Source of the DNA: a virus
Strand: one strand, 5' to 3'
DNA: 64,000 nt
IMG/VR virus record: IMGVR_UViG_3300046657_000006
Span: 8,866-72,865 of that record
In this document: positions 18,010 through 28,660 of the stretch, in pieces
Numbering within the stretch: the first letter of the stretch is position 1
Layout of the letters: each line of letters starts with the position of its first letter
Position numbers and translations under genes: made by a program
Notes under the pieces: model-generated
Database searches by the model: none
What the model saw: only the letters and a program-made list of their open reading frames with translations
What the model was told of the DNA's origin: nothing

Positions 18010-18122
18010 TTGCCACTTACACCAAAAGACCTATAATCTCTAGCCCGACAGACCCGCCAAGCTAGAGTTAAAGTAAAACATTAACAAAACAATTGACATC
18101 CTTCGGTCATTAAACTAATCTC
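18010..18122 (+). promoter_or_regulatory. tandem promoters upstream of the head genes
   Basis: TTGCCA...TATAAT at ~18010-18037; TTGACA-N17-TAATCT at ~18093-18121. Confidence 0.55.
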
Positions 18123-18130
18123 CGTTTAAT

Positions 18131-19657
18131 ATGACTCCTGAAGCTAGTTTATCTAGCACCCCCGATGTGGCTAATTCTGTAGCGGTTAGCAATGAAGGTT
18201 CTTCTTCAGCGGATTCATCGACCGCACCGCAAGCTACAACAGACTCTTCGTTGGCGAACGTACAATCGCAGTCTGTTCAAGATCAAAACGCAACCCAACA
18301 AACACCGGACGATCCGCTCGCAGGTTTACCTTCAGCCGATGAGCTAAAGGCACTTGTAGCGCAGAACGCTCCGAATGCAAAGGGGTTGGCGCAACTACGC
18401 GAGGCTTACGAAAAACGCTCAACCGAGTTTACCGAACTTCAAGGGAAATGGAAGACGTTCGAGCCAGTGGCCGACAAGTTTTCTGCCCCTGAAGAAATTC
18501 AGAGTTTGGTAGACATGCGAGAGGCGTTACTCGGATGGGAAAACCAAGATGGTCGTCTCGTGCCGAGCACAGAACGGTTCATTCAATCGCTTGACCCGCA
18601 GCGAGCAGAGTTCTTGTTTGCTGATCTAGCCGATGGAGTTTCTGCAAGTGGAGAACCTCGGATAGAGAAGGCGCTCAAGTACATGGCCGCTGACCCGGAC
18701 CGCAGGGCTAACGCTCTAAAGATTCTGGGAGGCGTAGAACCTTCTGCCGTAGCTCCGCAGTGGCAGGCAACAGAAGAACAGTTGGCCGTAGTCAAACCGG
18801 AACTTCAAGACACCTTCAAGAAGCTCCCTTATGAGAAACGGGAAGCTCTTGCTACCAACGATCCTGAATTCATCAATGATTACTTGGGCGAACAAAAGCT
18901 CAAGAATGACTTGATTCAGGAACGAGAGCAAAGGGCGCAGCAAGATCAACAAATCGCCCAGCAAAGAGAGCAGATGCTTCAGGCGGAAGCTCAAAAGGCG
19001 GGCGATGAGAATGTGCGCACTCAACTTTCTGAGGCCATGACCACTTTCCACAAATCAGTTGTCGATCAGTGCAAACTCATCGAACCACTTGATCCGAATA
19101 ATCCACCACAGGGAATGGACGCGCAAGCAATAGCTCAATACAACCAGCAAGCCGAAGCAAGTAATAAAGCTGAGGCGGCTACGGTGACTTTAGCCGTGGT
19201 TGGGTTGATAAACGAGCAGACGCGGCCTTTCGTTCTACCGCTCCTCAAGGAAATAGGGGTTATAGACGATAAATTCCTGAGTGAACTGGACAACGCGGCC
19301 AAGGGATTCGGTGATAACGCTAGAAATTACGGACATTTGACCTATCAACAGAAGTTACGAGCCAACGGTAACGGCTATCAGCCGGGACAGGATGTAACCA
19401 TGTTGAATAATGAAGCCCAAAGGAACCGGAAACTGCTGAGTTACTACGCAAATCAGCTATCCAGCCGTCTTTTGGAGAAAAAAGGTCAAACATTCGGAAT
19501 GAAAGCCACGGGTCACAATAATATCTTGAACGGAGTAGCCCCGTCGCGACCTAACGCCAATGGTGGCAGTTACGATCCGACGAAAGCTACTGCTCAAACT
19601 CACGATCCACAGAATCCGTGGCCTACCCGTGCAGAGCTTGGGCGCCAGTATGGCTAA
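18131..19657 (+). CDS. putative capsid scaffolding protein
   Basis: Low-complexity S/Q N-terminus, coiled coils, immediately upstream of the capsid gene. Confidence 0.6.
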   Translation: MTPEASLSSTPDVANSVAVSNEGSSSADSSTAPQATTDSSLANVQSQSVQDQNATQQTPDDPLAGLPSADELKALVAQNAPNAKGLAQLREAYEKRSTEFTELQGKWKTFEPVADKFSAPEEIQSLVDMREALLGWENQDGRLVPSTERFIQSLDPQRAEFLFADLADGVSASGEPRIEKALKYMAADPDRRANALKILGGVEPSAVAPQWQATEEQLAVVKPELQDTFKKLPYEKREALATNDPEFINDYLGEQKLKNDLIQEREQRAQQDQQIAQQREQMLQAEAQKAGDENVRTQLSEAMTTFHKSVVDQCKLIEPLDPNNPPQGMDAQAIAQYNQQAEASNKAEAATVTLAVVGLINEQTRPFVLPLLKEIGVIDDKFLSELDNAAKGFGDNARNYGHLTYQQKLRANGNGYQPGQDVTMLNNEAQRNRKLLSYYANQLSSRLLEKKGQTFGMKATGHNNILNGVAPSRPNANGGSYDPTKATAQTHDPQNPWPTRAELGRQYG

Positions 19658-19688
19658 GACGACGCACTCTTAGCTAGGAGTAAAATTC

Positions 19689-20981
19689 ATGCCTGACGTA
19701 ACTACAGTCACAAATTGGGTTGACTGGTATCAGCCCCAGCTAGTCCGTTCTAAGGACTGGTTCAAACTTCGCGCTCCTCTTTGGAACGCCATTGATGAAA
19801 TCACGACAGGTGAAGTCGTAAGTCAACGAGGTGTCAGATTCTTTTTCAACAAAAATCAGGCAGGTGGTCACTCGCTTCCCTCGATTTCGCAACCGGATAA
19901 CAACCGCGCTATTCCGTCTCAGTCAGACAGCATGTGGGCTGTCCCACAGATGTACACGATTCCCCTTGTTCTCGATCTGCTGCTCTTGAATGATGCTGGC
20001 GGCAACAACGGCCCGAAGAAAGCGCAGGCCATGTTTACCATCCAAGACATCATCAAGCAGACGACCGGAGCGGCGGCACAGCACCAAGACTTCTTCGCGT
20101 GTGGCAACGGCGGCGACATCATGGCCTACGCAGGGTCGAGCTTGGCCGTAGTTGGCGCTGGACAGACTCTTACTTGTGAAACCGCAGCCGCAGCCGCGCC
20201 GGGGCATACAAAGGGCGCTGTAAGGCTCAAAGCTAATCAGTATTACCAATCCTACGACACCACGACTGGTCTCCCAGAGGGTACTATTCTGGTTACTTCG
20301 TCAAATAACAAGACGACTGCGACCGTTACATTGCTGTCCGGTGTTGTAACTTCGGGAAATCCAATCTGCGATGTAGGTGGCTACAACGCCGCGCCAATGG
20401 GCCTTACCGGACTCATCGACAACAACAACCGCATCATGCAGGGTCGCGACACTTCGGTAGACACGATCCTGAACTGCCCCACGGTTGATCTCGCGGGCGC
20501 GAAATTCACTGTCACTGACCGCGAAACCATCAAGACCATGCTTGTCACCCTGAACATGGATGACAACGCACGATCTCAGCTAACCAACATTACAACCCCC
20601 GGATTGATGTCTGACCTGCGCAAGCAGGGTTACGGCTTCCATCGCACGGGTGACGATGCTCCGGCTGTGGACATCGGCAAAATCTACAAAGACGCGGACG
20701 GAACCCGCATTATGGAGATCGCTGACTACGATGAAGATCGTTCCAGCTTCTTCAAGGGCGCAATCCAGAAGCATACCAATCTAGAATTTGGCGACATTGA
20801 TCCTGATGGGCTGTCGTGGAGAAACCTCCCCGGCGTAAACTCGACTGGTTCGCGTTCGTTCTACCGCATGTGGGGAACGAACTGGACGCTGGCGATTGAC
20901 GACACTATGGCAGTCGCGACAGTGAAAAGAGCCTCGACAACCGGAATTACTACCCAAACAGTTACGGGTATGGGAAATTAG
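19689..20981 (+). CDS. major capsid protein
   Basis: 430 aa, AGGAG RBS, follows scaffold, APMGLTGLID motif, terminator-like hairpin after the stop. Confidence 0.7.
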   Translation: MPDVTTVTNWVDWYQPQLVRSKDWFKLRAPLWNAIDEITTGEVVSQRGVRFFFNKNQAGGHSLPSISQPDNNRAIPSQSDSMWAVPQMYTIPLVLDLLLLNDAGGNNGPKKAQAMFTIQDIIKQTTGAAAQHQDFFACGNGGDIMAYAGSSLAVVGAGQTLTCETAAAAAPGHTKGAVRLKANQYYQSYDTTTGLPEGTILVTSSNNKTTATVTLLSGVVTSGNPICDVGGYNAAPMGLTGLIDNNNRIMQGRDTSVDTILNCPTVDLAGAKFTVTDRETIKTMLVTLNMDDNARSQLTNITTPGLMSDLRKQGYGFHRTGDDAPAVDIGKIYKDADGTRIMEIADYDEDRSSFFKGAIQKHTNLEFGDIDPDGLSWRNLPGVNSTGSRSFYRMWGTNWTLAIDDTMAVATVKRASTTGITTQTVTGMGN

Positions 20982-21007
20982 CCTGTCATCGGGATGGGAA
21001 ACACCCG

Positions 21008-21748
21008 TTACTTGTTACGGCGATAGCGATCCGCGCTAGGCCGTTCTTTGAAACCCAAGCATTCGTCGTCAGGCCAGCCTGATCGTTTGCGTTTTGCGAT
21101 AAGGAGTGGGCTTTGATTTGTAATCTCTGCCCACTCCGCTATGCAATGAGTTTCATTTTCATGGGTTAGAAATACGTTTTTCCGAGTGTTACGCGTGTTG
21201 ATTGTTTTTGAAACCCAATGCACGTTCATTGGCCAGTTCTTTGATAAGCATTCTTCGCAAGAGCCGCACCAATAGCCACCGTTATTATCCTTGCGGTCAA
21301 TTTCATGCCTTGGGGGTACTTCGCCTAAAAGGGCAAAGAAGCCTTCAAACTTTCGCAGGCCGTCGCAAACGGTAATTCCACGCTCGCTGTAGTCCTTAGC
21401 TTGCTTGTAGGCCGGATTGGTTGCGCGGGTCAGCATGTCGCTCCAACGTCTGTGGGTTGGGGTTTTATTCATTCCGTGGGTTCGGTTATTGTTTCCACGG
21501 ATTTCGTTAATGAAACAGCCGCAAGACTTGGTCGAGCCGTTCTTTAATTTTCCTTTGGCGACGATTCGGAAATTGCCACAAGTACAGCGACACAGCCAGT
21601 AGCTCATCATTGACGCGGTCTTGGCATAGCCTGCAAGAGCGTAGACGGTCAGTCGGTGAAATTCCTGCCCTACGATACTGACTCGTTTAGTGTTTTTGGA
21701 AGTTTGCTGACGGAGTTTTGAAAGAATGGTAAGATCGAGTTCGGGCAT
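21008..21748 (-). mobile_element. free-standing HNH homing endonuclease, antisense to the late operon
   Basis: GQEFHRLTV, WLCRCTCGN, TKSCGC, RGITVC, IDRKDNNGGY. Confidence 0.85.
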
Positions 21749-21835
21749 TACGTTCTCCTTTAAGCTAACGTGATGTTCTATCGCGGGCGAGAATTTAGCC
21801 TCTCGCTCGCAACTAAATTTTCGGTAAGTATACCA
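21727..21835. promoter_or_regulatory. convergent-promoter, two-hairpin antisense cassette
   Basis: Plus TGGTAAGAT and minus TGGTATACT flank CATTACGTT/AACGTGATG and GCGGGCGAGA/TCTCGCTCGC. Confidence 0.65.
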
Positions 21836-21850
21836 TAGGAGGGCAACTAA

Positions 21851-22117
21851 ATGCCTGCTACTTTGACGATAACTCTCGCGGCGGGACAGAACGGATATTC
21901 CCCTGACGAGGCCGGGTTCGTGAAAGAAGAATTGCTCATTACGGGCGCGTCTTCGGCGGCGGCGGATACCGGAACCTATTCAACCCAAATGAAGCAGCCG
22001 CAGCGCGTAGAGTGTGGAACGTGCGTGTTTTCTATCAGCGGGCAGACCGTGACCTTGACTGATAAGGTAGGTATTGGCACGGCTACGGCTGGAGCAACCG
22101 TTTACGGCTACGCATGA
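21851..22117 (+). CDS. small virion protein (possible decoration)
   Basis: Beta-rich T/G/A composition; AGGAGG RBS; next late gene after the capsid. Confidence 0.55.
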   Translation: MPATLTITLAAGQNGYSPDEAGFVKEELLITGASSAAADTGTYSTQMKQPQRVECGTCVFSISGQTVTLTDKVGIGTATAGATVYGYA

Positions 22118-22854
22118 GTTCAACTGCACCTCGCGGAATTAACCAAGCGGCTTATCAGAAACGTATCAATCAAATCACTGGTACGGCAGACGGTAAGCCG
22201 CTTATCAAGCTCATTTGGTGTCCTGATGAATATCGCTGGATGCCTCATAAGCTGGGAGACGATCCACCGGGATACACGTTCCCGTTTTTTTGTAACGGTC
22301 GCAATGAAAACGGAGAATTCGAAGCCCCTAAACGGTGGGGATTGCTTCAACGGCTGGAGTGGGAGCAGTTTGGCCCAACGTGGGAAGCAATTCGTTACAA
22401 GAAGCAGGATGGGGCTGTTTGGGACTTGAAAGGCCCGTGTCCTTCGGAGAAGTACGTTGAGTTAAAGCTACACACCGACCACAACGGGAAATGCTGTCCG
22501 TGCTTATTTGACTGTACTTGCGAAGGCTTCTGTGAAGGGATACCCATCGAGCCGGATGAAAACCTGATGGGATGGATTCGGAAGGTGGCGTGGGAGTCCA
22601 AGCGTGATCCTGATGTCGATCCATTTGCTGACACAAGGTTTTTTGAAGCGACACATGCGCAACGAGAAGTTAAAAACGCGCATGACAGGGCTTTTGAAAA
22701 AGACCGGGCCGATGTAGAGGCATTTGATCGTGAGGCAGTAGATTTATTTTTGAGATCGCCAGTTACGGTAAGTTCGATGGTTAAGTCAGCTAAAGCCCCA
22801 GTGCCCTCTGGGTTCAAAAAACAAAAGGGATCGAGACTGTACACACTAACTTAA
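22114..22854 (+). CDS. hypothetical protein with Cys cluster
   Basis: HNGKCCPCLFDCTCEGFC. Confidence 0.65.
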   Translation: MSSTAPRGINQAAYQKRINQITGTADGKPLIKLIWCPDEYRWMPHKLGDDPPGYTFPFFCNGRNENGEFEAPKRWGLLQRLEWEQFGPTWEAIRYKKQDGAVWDLKGPCPSEKYVELKLHTDHNGKCCPCLFDCTCEGFCEGIPIEPDENLMGWIRKVAWESKRDPDVDPFADTRFFEATHAQREVKNAHDRAFEKDRADVEAFDREAVDLFLRSPVTVSSMVKSAKAPVPSGFKKQKGSRLYTLT

Positions 22855-22864
22855 AGGAGATTGC

Positions 22865-24157
22865 ATGAGCGTTGTAGAGAAGCAGATTAGTCAGGGGTTC
22901 GCACCTGATGGAAGAATTTTTGAGCCGCCTAAAACCAATCAAGAACTTGAACAGCCGAGATATTTGGCTTTTCTTGGTTCATTGATTGATGCCGAGATTG
23001 CACGATCCCGGTGGTGGACGAAAGCGGGAGGCATCGAGATTCAGAATCCCTGCCTTCGCTACGTTAAAAACTTTCTTCGCAAGGGACGTATCACCCCGCT
23101 GCTGAAAGACACGCATGACTTTCTTCCTTATAGCTACGTTGAAAAAATGGTCGGCACCAACCCCTTGGGAGCTGGCTACTTTGCGCAGCCAATACCTCAA
23201 GGGTATGTTCCGCCAGCGCTGCCGCCGTCACAAGGGCAGTTCCAGCCGGGATTCGGTAACTTGGCAATTGGTGGCCCGTCACCGTACGGAAGTCTGGTAG
23301 GGCGTCTTGCGCTACCGGGAGAGCAGGTGGGCGCGATTCTAACTGGCGCAGAAAACTTAACGCAAACTAACGTCCAGCGCGGCGTTGTGGAGCTGACCAC
23401 GTTAAAGGGTCATCCTTATCGTCCTCAGCAAATTGACGAGATTTATGTTGATCCAACTATTTGGCAGCTCCAGAAAACAATCTTTCCAACGTACCCAATA
23501 CTCCCAACGCTGCTGGACGAGATAGAGTCGCTGCTGGACGAGGCGCGTATCCATACGTCGTTGATTTCCATCGTGGATGAAATGCACGAATCGCTAATTC
23601 AGTTCCGTGATTACGCAGACGCGGCGATTCAGAACGTCCATCACATGATGCGAGAGTCTGCGGGTCGTGCTGGGTACATCCCGCGCTATACGCAGATGGA
23701 TTTGGTGCTTCTTGAGCAATTGGGCATGGCGCGGAAAGACCGCGAGATTCGGCAGGATGCTAAAGTGAATCCGAATAGCCGTCTTGAGGAGATGTTTGCC
23801 GCGTGGCTACAGGCTCAGACTGAAGAAAAAGCGGAATTAAAGCGAATGCGACAAGAGCAAGACGCGCCAATCATCACCGAAGACACCATGAAAGCCCAAC
23901 CTGTAACTGAAATAATGTCTGACCTTGAAGGTTACGACGGGTTTCCCGGAGCATCGGGTTATTCAGGATTCTCAGGTGCAGTGGCCACTACCGAGCATGA
24001 GGTAATAACCGCAAGTAGTGACGAGCGATTGCCCAACCCTGTAATTCCACCGCTTGAAGTGGCAGAATTCGCCTGTAGCGGGTGTGGCAGGACTTCCCCT
24101 ACCCTAGCAGGTCAGAAGGCGCACGAACGTCACTGTGAAGCCGTAAAGAAGGAGTAA
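22865..24157 (+). CDS. hypothetical protein with short SG tract and C-terminal C2H2-like finger
   Basis: GASGYSGFSG; CSGCGR...KAHERHC. Confidence 0.7.
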   Translation: MSVVEKQISQGFAPDGRIFEPPKTNQELEQPRYLAFLGSLIDAEIARSRWWTKAGGIEIQNPCLRYVKNFLRKGRITPLLKDTHDFLPYSYVEKMVGTNPLGAGYFAQPIPQGYVPPALPPSQGQFQPGFGNLAIGGPSPYGSLVGRLALPGEQVGAILTGAENLTQTNVQRGVVELTTLKGHPYRPQQIDEIYVDPTIWQLQKTIFPTYPILPTLLDEIESLLDEARIHTSLISIVDEMHESLIQFRDYADAAIQNVHHMMRESAGRAGYIPRYTQMDLVLLEQLGMARKDREIRQDAKVNPNSRLEEMFAAWLQAQTEEKAELKRMRQEQDAPIITEDTMKAQPVTEIMSDLEGYDGFPGASGYSGFSGAVATTEHEVITASSDERLPNPVIPPLEVAEFACSGCGRTSPTLAGQKAHERHCEAVKKE

Positions 24158-24907
24158 ATGGGCACTATCAACTCAATGATGGACGGCACGCTGATACGCT
24201 TAGATGATCCGCGAGCGCAGAGGCCGGGAAACGCCCAATTACTCCAAGAGGTTTGTAGTCAGATCAGAAATTTGTTCCGCCAGAAACGGAACTCAGGAAA
24301 TGTATGGCAGTTTGGAACCACAAGTGTTGATGTTTCACCCGGAGAGAACACTTACCAGATAGGTGTTAACGATTTCGGAACTCCGCTTTCTGTAATAACC
24401 GTGAACGATACAGGCGACAGTAATTTTGTTGTTCGCCGCATTCCTTTTTACACCCCACAAGACCTTGCGTTTAATTGGGGGCTTCCGGCCAATGCGGGTT
24501 ATTGGCTTACGGGGAACTGGAACGATCCGTGGCATACGGCACTTCGCTGCGCGATTTTTTGGACAAACAACCTTCCGTACATTCAATTTGAGCCTACCCC
24601 TCAATACGGATGTTCTTATTCCATTAAATACTTGCAGAACGCCAACAACGTAGGCGTCACAGCGTTAACCGCATCTCCGCTGCCGGATGAGGACTGTGAT
24701 GTCGTGGAACTCCGTGCCGCCCTAGGGTTGCTAGCAATGGCAGAGTGGGAAGGTAACGATCCACAATCGAATTCAAACAAGCGCAAGGAAATGATGGTCA
24801 CCTTGAGTCGGAACGAGCAACTTGCTGCTGAACAGTTCAACATAGCCAATTTGATTACGAATGCCCCCGGAGTTAAGACACGCGATCAGGCGATGCTTTC
24901 TTGGTGA
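24158..24907 (+). CDS. putative head-tail adaptor protein
   Basis: Size, position and IQFEPTP...SIKY pattern of podoviral adaptors. Confidence 0.55.
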   Translation: MGTINSMMDGTLIRLDDPRAQRPGNAQLLQEVCSQIRNLFRQKRNSGNVWQFGTTSVDVSPGENTYQIGVNDFGTPLSVITVNDTGDSNFVVRRIPFYTPQDLAFNWGLPANAGYWLTGNWNDPWHTALRCAIFWTNNLPYIQFEPTPQYGCSYSIKYLQNANNVGVTALTASPLPDEDCDVVELRAALGLLAMAEWEGNDPQSNSNKRKEMMVTLSRNEQLAAEQFNIANLITNAPGVKTRDQAMLSW

Positions 24908-25731
24908 GAGACCTTCGTTTGAAGAGGGCGGCTAAGAGCATCTTCAGGACTCCACCGCTTGAGCCGAGATGTAATCGTTTGAAACTTTAATCCCGTTTTG
25001 CGTACCCATTGTGACACGGTTAATGTCTCCCCAAAAGCCGTTACCAAGTGATTCGTACGTTTATTTGAGTTCTGCTCTTCGCTGTTGCCCCATTTTGTGT
25101 TAATAGGGTTATAGCCCTCGTCGTTATTGATTCGATGTAGCGAAAGTTCTGGTGAAGGTCGTTTTCCCATATCTCGGAGAAACGTTTCAAATCCAGTTTT
25201 ACCTTGCCATTCCGGGCAAACGGTAATGCCGCGACCGCCCCAATCTGAATACGAAGGATGAAGAGCCGACAGGCATCTTTGAGTCATATTGTTCCACGCT
25301 GCGTATTCAACGGCATATTCTGGATTTCTTGATTTCCCGTGAGTGGTATTCCGTTCGCGCACGACATCTCGATTTAGACACCCACAGCTTTTTACGGTGC
25401 CTCCTACTAGGTTGCAAGAACTTGCGTAATGCGTTTTCCCACAATCGCACAAACATTCCCACTCAATTAGTTGCTTTCGTTTTCTGCCGCTCGGACGCAA
25501 AGCAAGCAGTCGCGTAAATCGCTTATTAGTTAAATCGAGCCGATGCCTCCCCCTAGCGCACCCGCAACTTTTAGTGTGGCCGTTGACAAGGCTAACTGCT
25601 TTTACGAAAGCGGTGTTTCCGCAATCGCAAAGGCACTCCCAAACGATAGTCCCTTGTCGGCGTTCGGTGGTAGGGCGTAAAGCTATAAGACTGTGGAATC
25701 GCTGATTTGTGATAGACTTTCTGGCAGGCAT
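24886..25731 (-). mobile_element. free-standing HNH homing endonuclease, antisense
   Basis: Two WECLCDCG...KSCGC repeats, WGGRGITVCPEW, LHRINNDEGY. Confidence 0.85.
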
Positions 25732-25807
25732 CGCGGTTCTCCTATCGAACTAAGATGTTGGGGCTAGCGGGCGCATCGCACGTCTGCTAGTCCCGCAAAT
25801 TATAGCA
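25710..25807. promoter_or_regulatory. convergent-promoter, two-hairpin antisense cassette
   Basis: Plus TGATAGACT and minus TGCTATAAT; 14-bp stem GGGGCTAGCGGGCG/CGTCTGCTAGTCCC. Confidence 0.65.
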
Positions 25808-26329
25808 TGGAATCTACTAATTTTGACGACACGACAGAAGCGTTACCAAACGGTGCAAATCTGCCTGAACACCCCGCGCTCACAACCTCCAAGAAAATCA
25901 CAGAGTATGGTCGAGTTTGGGATGATGCAGACGGAGTTACACTACACGGTGGACTTCACGAAGCTGAAATCAGAAACTTAATGAATGGCGATCAGATGGC
26001 CTTGAAGCATCTTTACAGGTTCGCAATCAGAAACAAGAGAATCTTTCACACCCGCAACTTGGTTTGTATTGACGTAAAAACAGAAAATGTGGACACCGCT
26101 GACTAAAAGCATTTACAACTCCCTGAATGACCTTGCATCTACCTGCGGGCTTCAAGGCGAGTCAGGCTCAGAAGAACTATTCGACATGCTGGGAGCGGCG
26201 TATCTAGAGTTGGATGCTGAGTGCGTTCTGGAAGAGAGCCATGAAGAAGGGCTTTGTTTAGACATGAACGCAGAACTAGCCCACAAGATAGAAAAGTACC
26301 TCACAAATAATCAGCCACGCGGCCACTGA
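25807..26329 (+). CDS. two hypothetical ORFs (25807-26106, 26087-26329)
   Basis: Coupled ORFs upstream of terL. Confidence 0.5.
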
Positions 26330-26345
26330 GTGGTATAATTCTACC

Positions 26346-28313
26346 GTGCCCGAAGTAACCCTCGAACAGACCTACCAGTTTATTAAGACCTGCACAGCCG
26401 AACAACTCAATAAAATCCTTGAATGGCTGAAGGTGAATCAGCCTGAAAACTACCAGAAGGTTGCTCAGTATCTTCAGGCAAATCGGGGTTATTTAACCGA
26501 AGTCAAAGGCTACGAAGCGTGGCTCAAGATGATGGGGCCACATTCGTTCACGGGGGATTTTTCCGAGTTTCATAAGGACATCTGGAATTGGTATTGGCCG
26601 CTCACTGAGAAACAGAAGCACGGCAAGCCAATGGACTTGGAAGACCTAACTTACTTTGCTATCTGGGGGCGTGGTTTAGGAAAATCGACCAACGCCGAGT
26701 GGTTGGCAATCTGTGAGGGATGTTTGATTGGAAAAGGCTTTGTCTTGTATGTCTCCGGCACGGCAGAACAAGCTGAGGCGCACGTAGAGGCCATTAGAGA
26801 GCGTATAGAGCAAGAAGGAGCGCTGTCTCAATCCTACCCAGCAATGCAAAAGCCGGAAGTAGGGGAGCATAAAGCTAACAAGAAAGCGAAAATTCAAGGT
26901 TACGGCTGGCGACAAGATTACTTGATGACCGCTAATGGTTGGGCGGTGCGTCCAGTTGGGTTAGATAAGGCTATTCGTGGATGGAAGCGCGGTGACAATC
27001 GTGTAAGTCTCATAATTTTAGATGACATCGACGATGACGATGACTCGCCTGAAGTAATTCTCAAAAAAGAACGTCGCATAGCCAAGAAAATCCTGCCAAT
27101 GGGCACAGCGCGAACGAAAGTGGTTTTTGCGCAAAATCTCATTCACTCCAATTCAGTTTTGAATCGGATGCACACGCGGCAGACTGACATTCTAGCGCTG
27201 CGCAAGGGCGATGAAGCAATTAAGGCGTTTGAGGAAATAGAAATCCAGCATGAGATTACCCCTCGCGGGCCTCGCAGCATTATCAAGAGCGGTAAACCGA
27301 CGTGGCCGCACATCGACATGGCTGAATGTCAGTCGTTTCTTGATCGTTCGGGGCTTGATGGTTTCATGGCTGAGTACCAGCATGACTTCTCTGGTGAGCA
27401 GGATGATCGCGTATTGCCTGAATATGATGACCGGGTGTTGAAAACCCACCTGATTACTTGGGGGCAATTTGAGGCGCTATACAAAACCAATCGCATTCCT
27501 TCCGCATGGGCTTGCGATGTTGGGCTTGATATTGGTTACACAACTGGCCACAAATCCGCGTGGACGTTTCTCTCTAAGGTTCCAGAAGGCTATCCCTTAG
27601 CAGGGAGCATCTTTCGTTATCGGGGCTGCGTGTTTACTTCAACTACGATTGGAGACATGGAAGTTGCGGTTCGTGGTCGCATGTGGCCTAGTGAGCAGAT
27701 TCAGCGAGAGTTCATGTCGCATGAAAAACTAGGTGAACAGTTAGTTCTGAATGGCGAGCATGGCTGGCACTTTCACCCTTGCGATTCCGCGAAGACCGCT
27801 GGAATCGCACAATGGCGGCATTTCCTTCGCCCTGATAAATCTAAACCGCATCCATTTCATAGAGACGAAAAGGGGGCAGATGGTCTATGGAAGATCGGGT
27901 GTCCCGCGTGGTTCGATATAGTTGTCCCAGAACAGTTTCACGCTTCCGACATGAAGGATGATTTGGGGCTAAAGATTCACCGCGATCAGGCTTATAAATG
28001 GAAAATGCGAAAGGTGGAAGAAACTAAATCAGGAATGACTGTTGAGCAGCCAATGAAAGCCGATGAGGACAGTTGCGATTCAACAAGAATGCTGACAGTA
28101 GCATTTGGGCCAGTTCAGCAGCCCATGACATTGGCTCAAAGAATTCAATCCATTATACCCGCTGGATACCACGATTCTGAGCTTGCTCAAAGAACTGACA
28201 TAGACCCAACCCAAAAAGCAATGACAAGCGACATGGCAAATTGGTTCGCCAAGCGACAACTGAAAGCGAGACTTCCTAAGCCCAAAGACCAGTTCGGGCA
28301 AAGTCTCAGGTAA
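26346..28313 (+). CDS. terL: terminase large subunit
   Basis: Walker A WGRGLGKS, Walker B LIILDDID, FMAEYQH, nuclease GLDIG and DSCDSTR. Confidence 0.9.
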   Translation: MPEVTLEQTYQFIKTCTAEQLNKILEWLKVNQPENYQKVAQYLQANRGYLTEVKGYEAWLKMMGPHSFTGDFSEFHKDIWNWYWPLTEKQKHGKPMDLEDLTYFAIWGRGLGKSTNAEWLAICEGCLIGKGFVLYVSGTAEQAEAHVEAIRERIEQEGALSQSYPAMQKPEVGEHKANKKAKIQGYGWRQDYLMTANGWAVRPVGLDKAIRGWKRGDNRVSLIILDDIDDDDDSPEVILKKERRIAKKILPMGTARTKVVFAQNLIHSNSVLNRMHTRQTDILALRKGDEAIKAFEEIEIQHEITPRGPRSIIKSGKPTWPHIDMAECQSFLDRSGLDGFMAEYQHDFSGEQDDRVLPEYDDRVLKTHLITWGQFEALYKTNRIPSAWACDVGLDIGYTTGHKSAWTFLSKVPEGYPLAGSIFRYRGCVFTSTTIGDMEVAVRGRMWPSEQIQREFMSHEKLGEQLVLNGEHGWHFHPCDSAKTAGIAQWRHFLRPDKSKPHPFHRDEKGADGLWKIGCPAWFDIVVPEQFHASDMKDDLGLKIHRDQAYKWKMRKVEETKSGMTVEQPMKADEDSCDSTRMLTVAFGPVQQPMTLAQRIQSIIPAGYHDSELAQRTDIDPTQKAMTSDMANWFAKRQLKARLPKPKDQFGQSLR

Positions 28314-28381
28314 AGCAGCGAAAGTTGTTGCAGTTAAAGCAGTTTACCTTTAGACTACGCTCCCAGAGAGGTTTATGGTGA

Positions 28382-28570
28382 TTGCCTGCTAAATCTACTG
28401 CCCAATTTCGATTCATGCAAGCCGTGGCGCACGGAAGCGTCAAGAAGTCGGGGCTGTCTCGCGCGGTTGCAGCAGAATACGTTAGCGGTCAATCACCAAA
28501 GGGTTTACCTGACCACGCAAAGAAACCGAAAAGACGAGGGATTGAACATATAAAGGTCGGGAAGCATTGA
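28382..28570 (+). CDS. small basic protein, DUF3008-like
   Basis: MPAKSTAQFRFMQAVAHG. Confidence 0.6.
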   Translation: MPAKSTAQFRFMQAVAHGSVKKSGLSRAVAAEYVSGQSPKGLPDHAKKPKRRGIEHIKVGKH

Positions 28571-28577
28571 AAATTAA

Positions 28578-28660
28578 GTTGGGCGACTAAGCTCTCGCAA
28601 GCTCGCCGCCCGATCACAGCATTACTGATTAAGGAGATGCTATGACAAGTTTGATACTAC
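28578..28660. promoter_or_regulatory. two-hairpin antisense cassette
   Basis: GGGCG...CGCCC hairpin, then TCACAGCAT/ATGCTATGA enclosing AAGGAG; minus-strand TAGTAT at 28654-28659. Confidence 0.55.

Noticed and set aside
26346-28313. Intein in terL
   Set aside because: Length is near normal; no intein splice-junction or LAGLIDADG motifs
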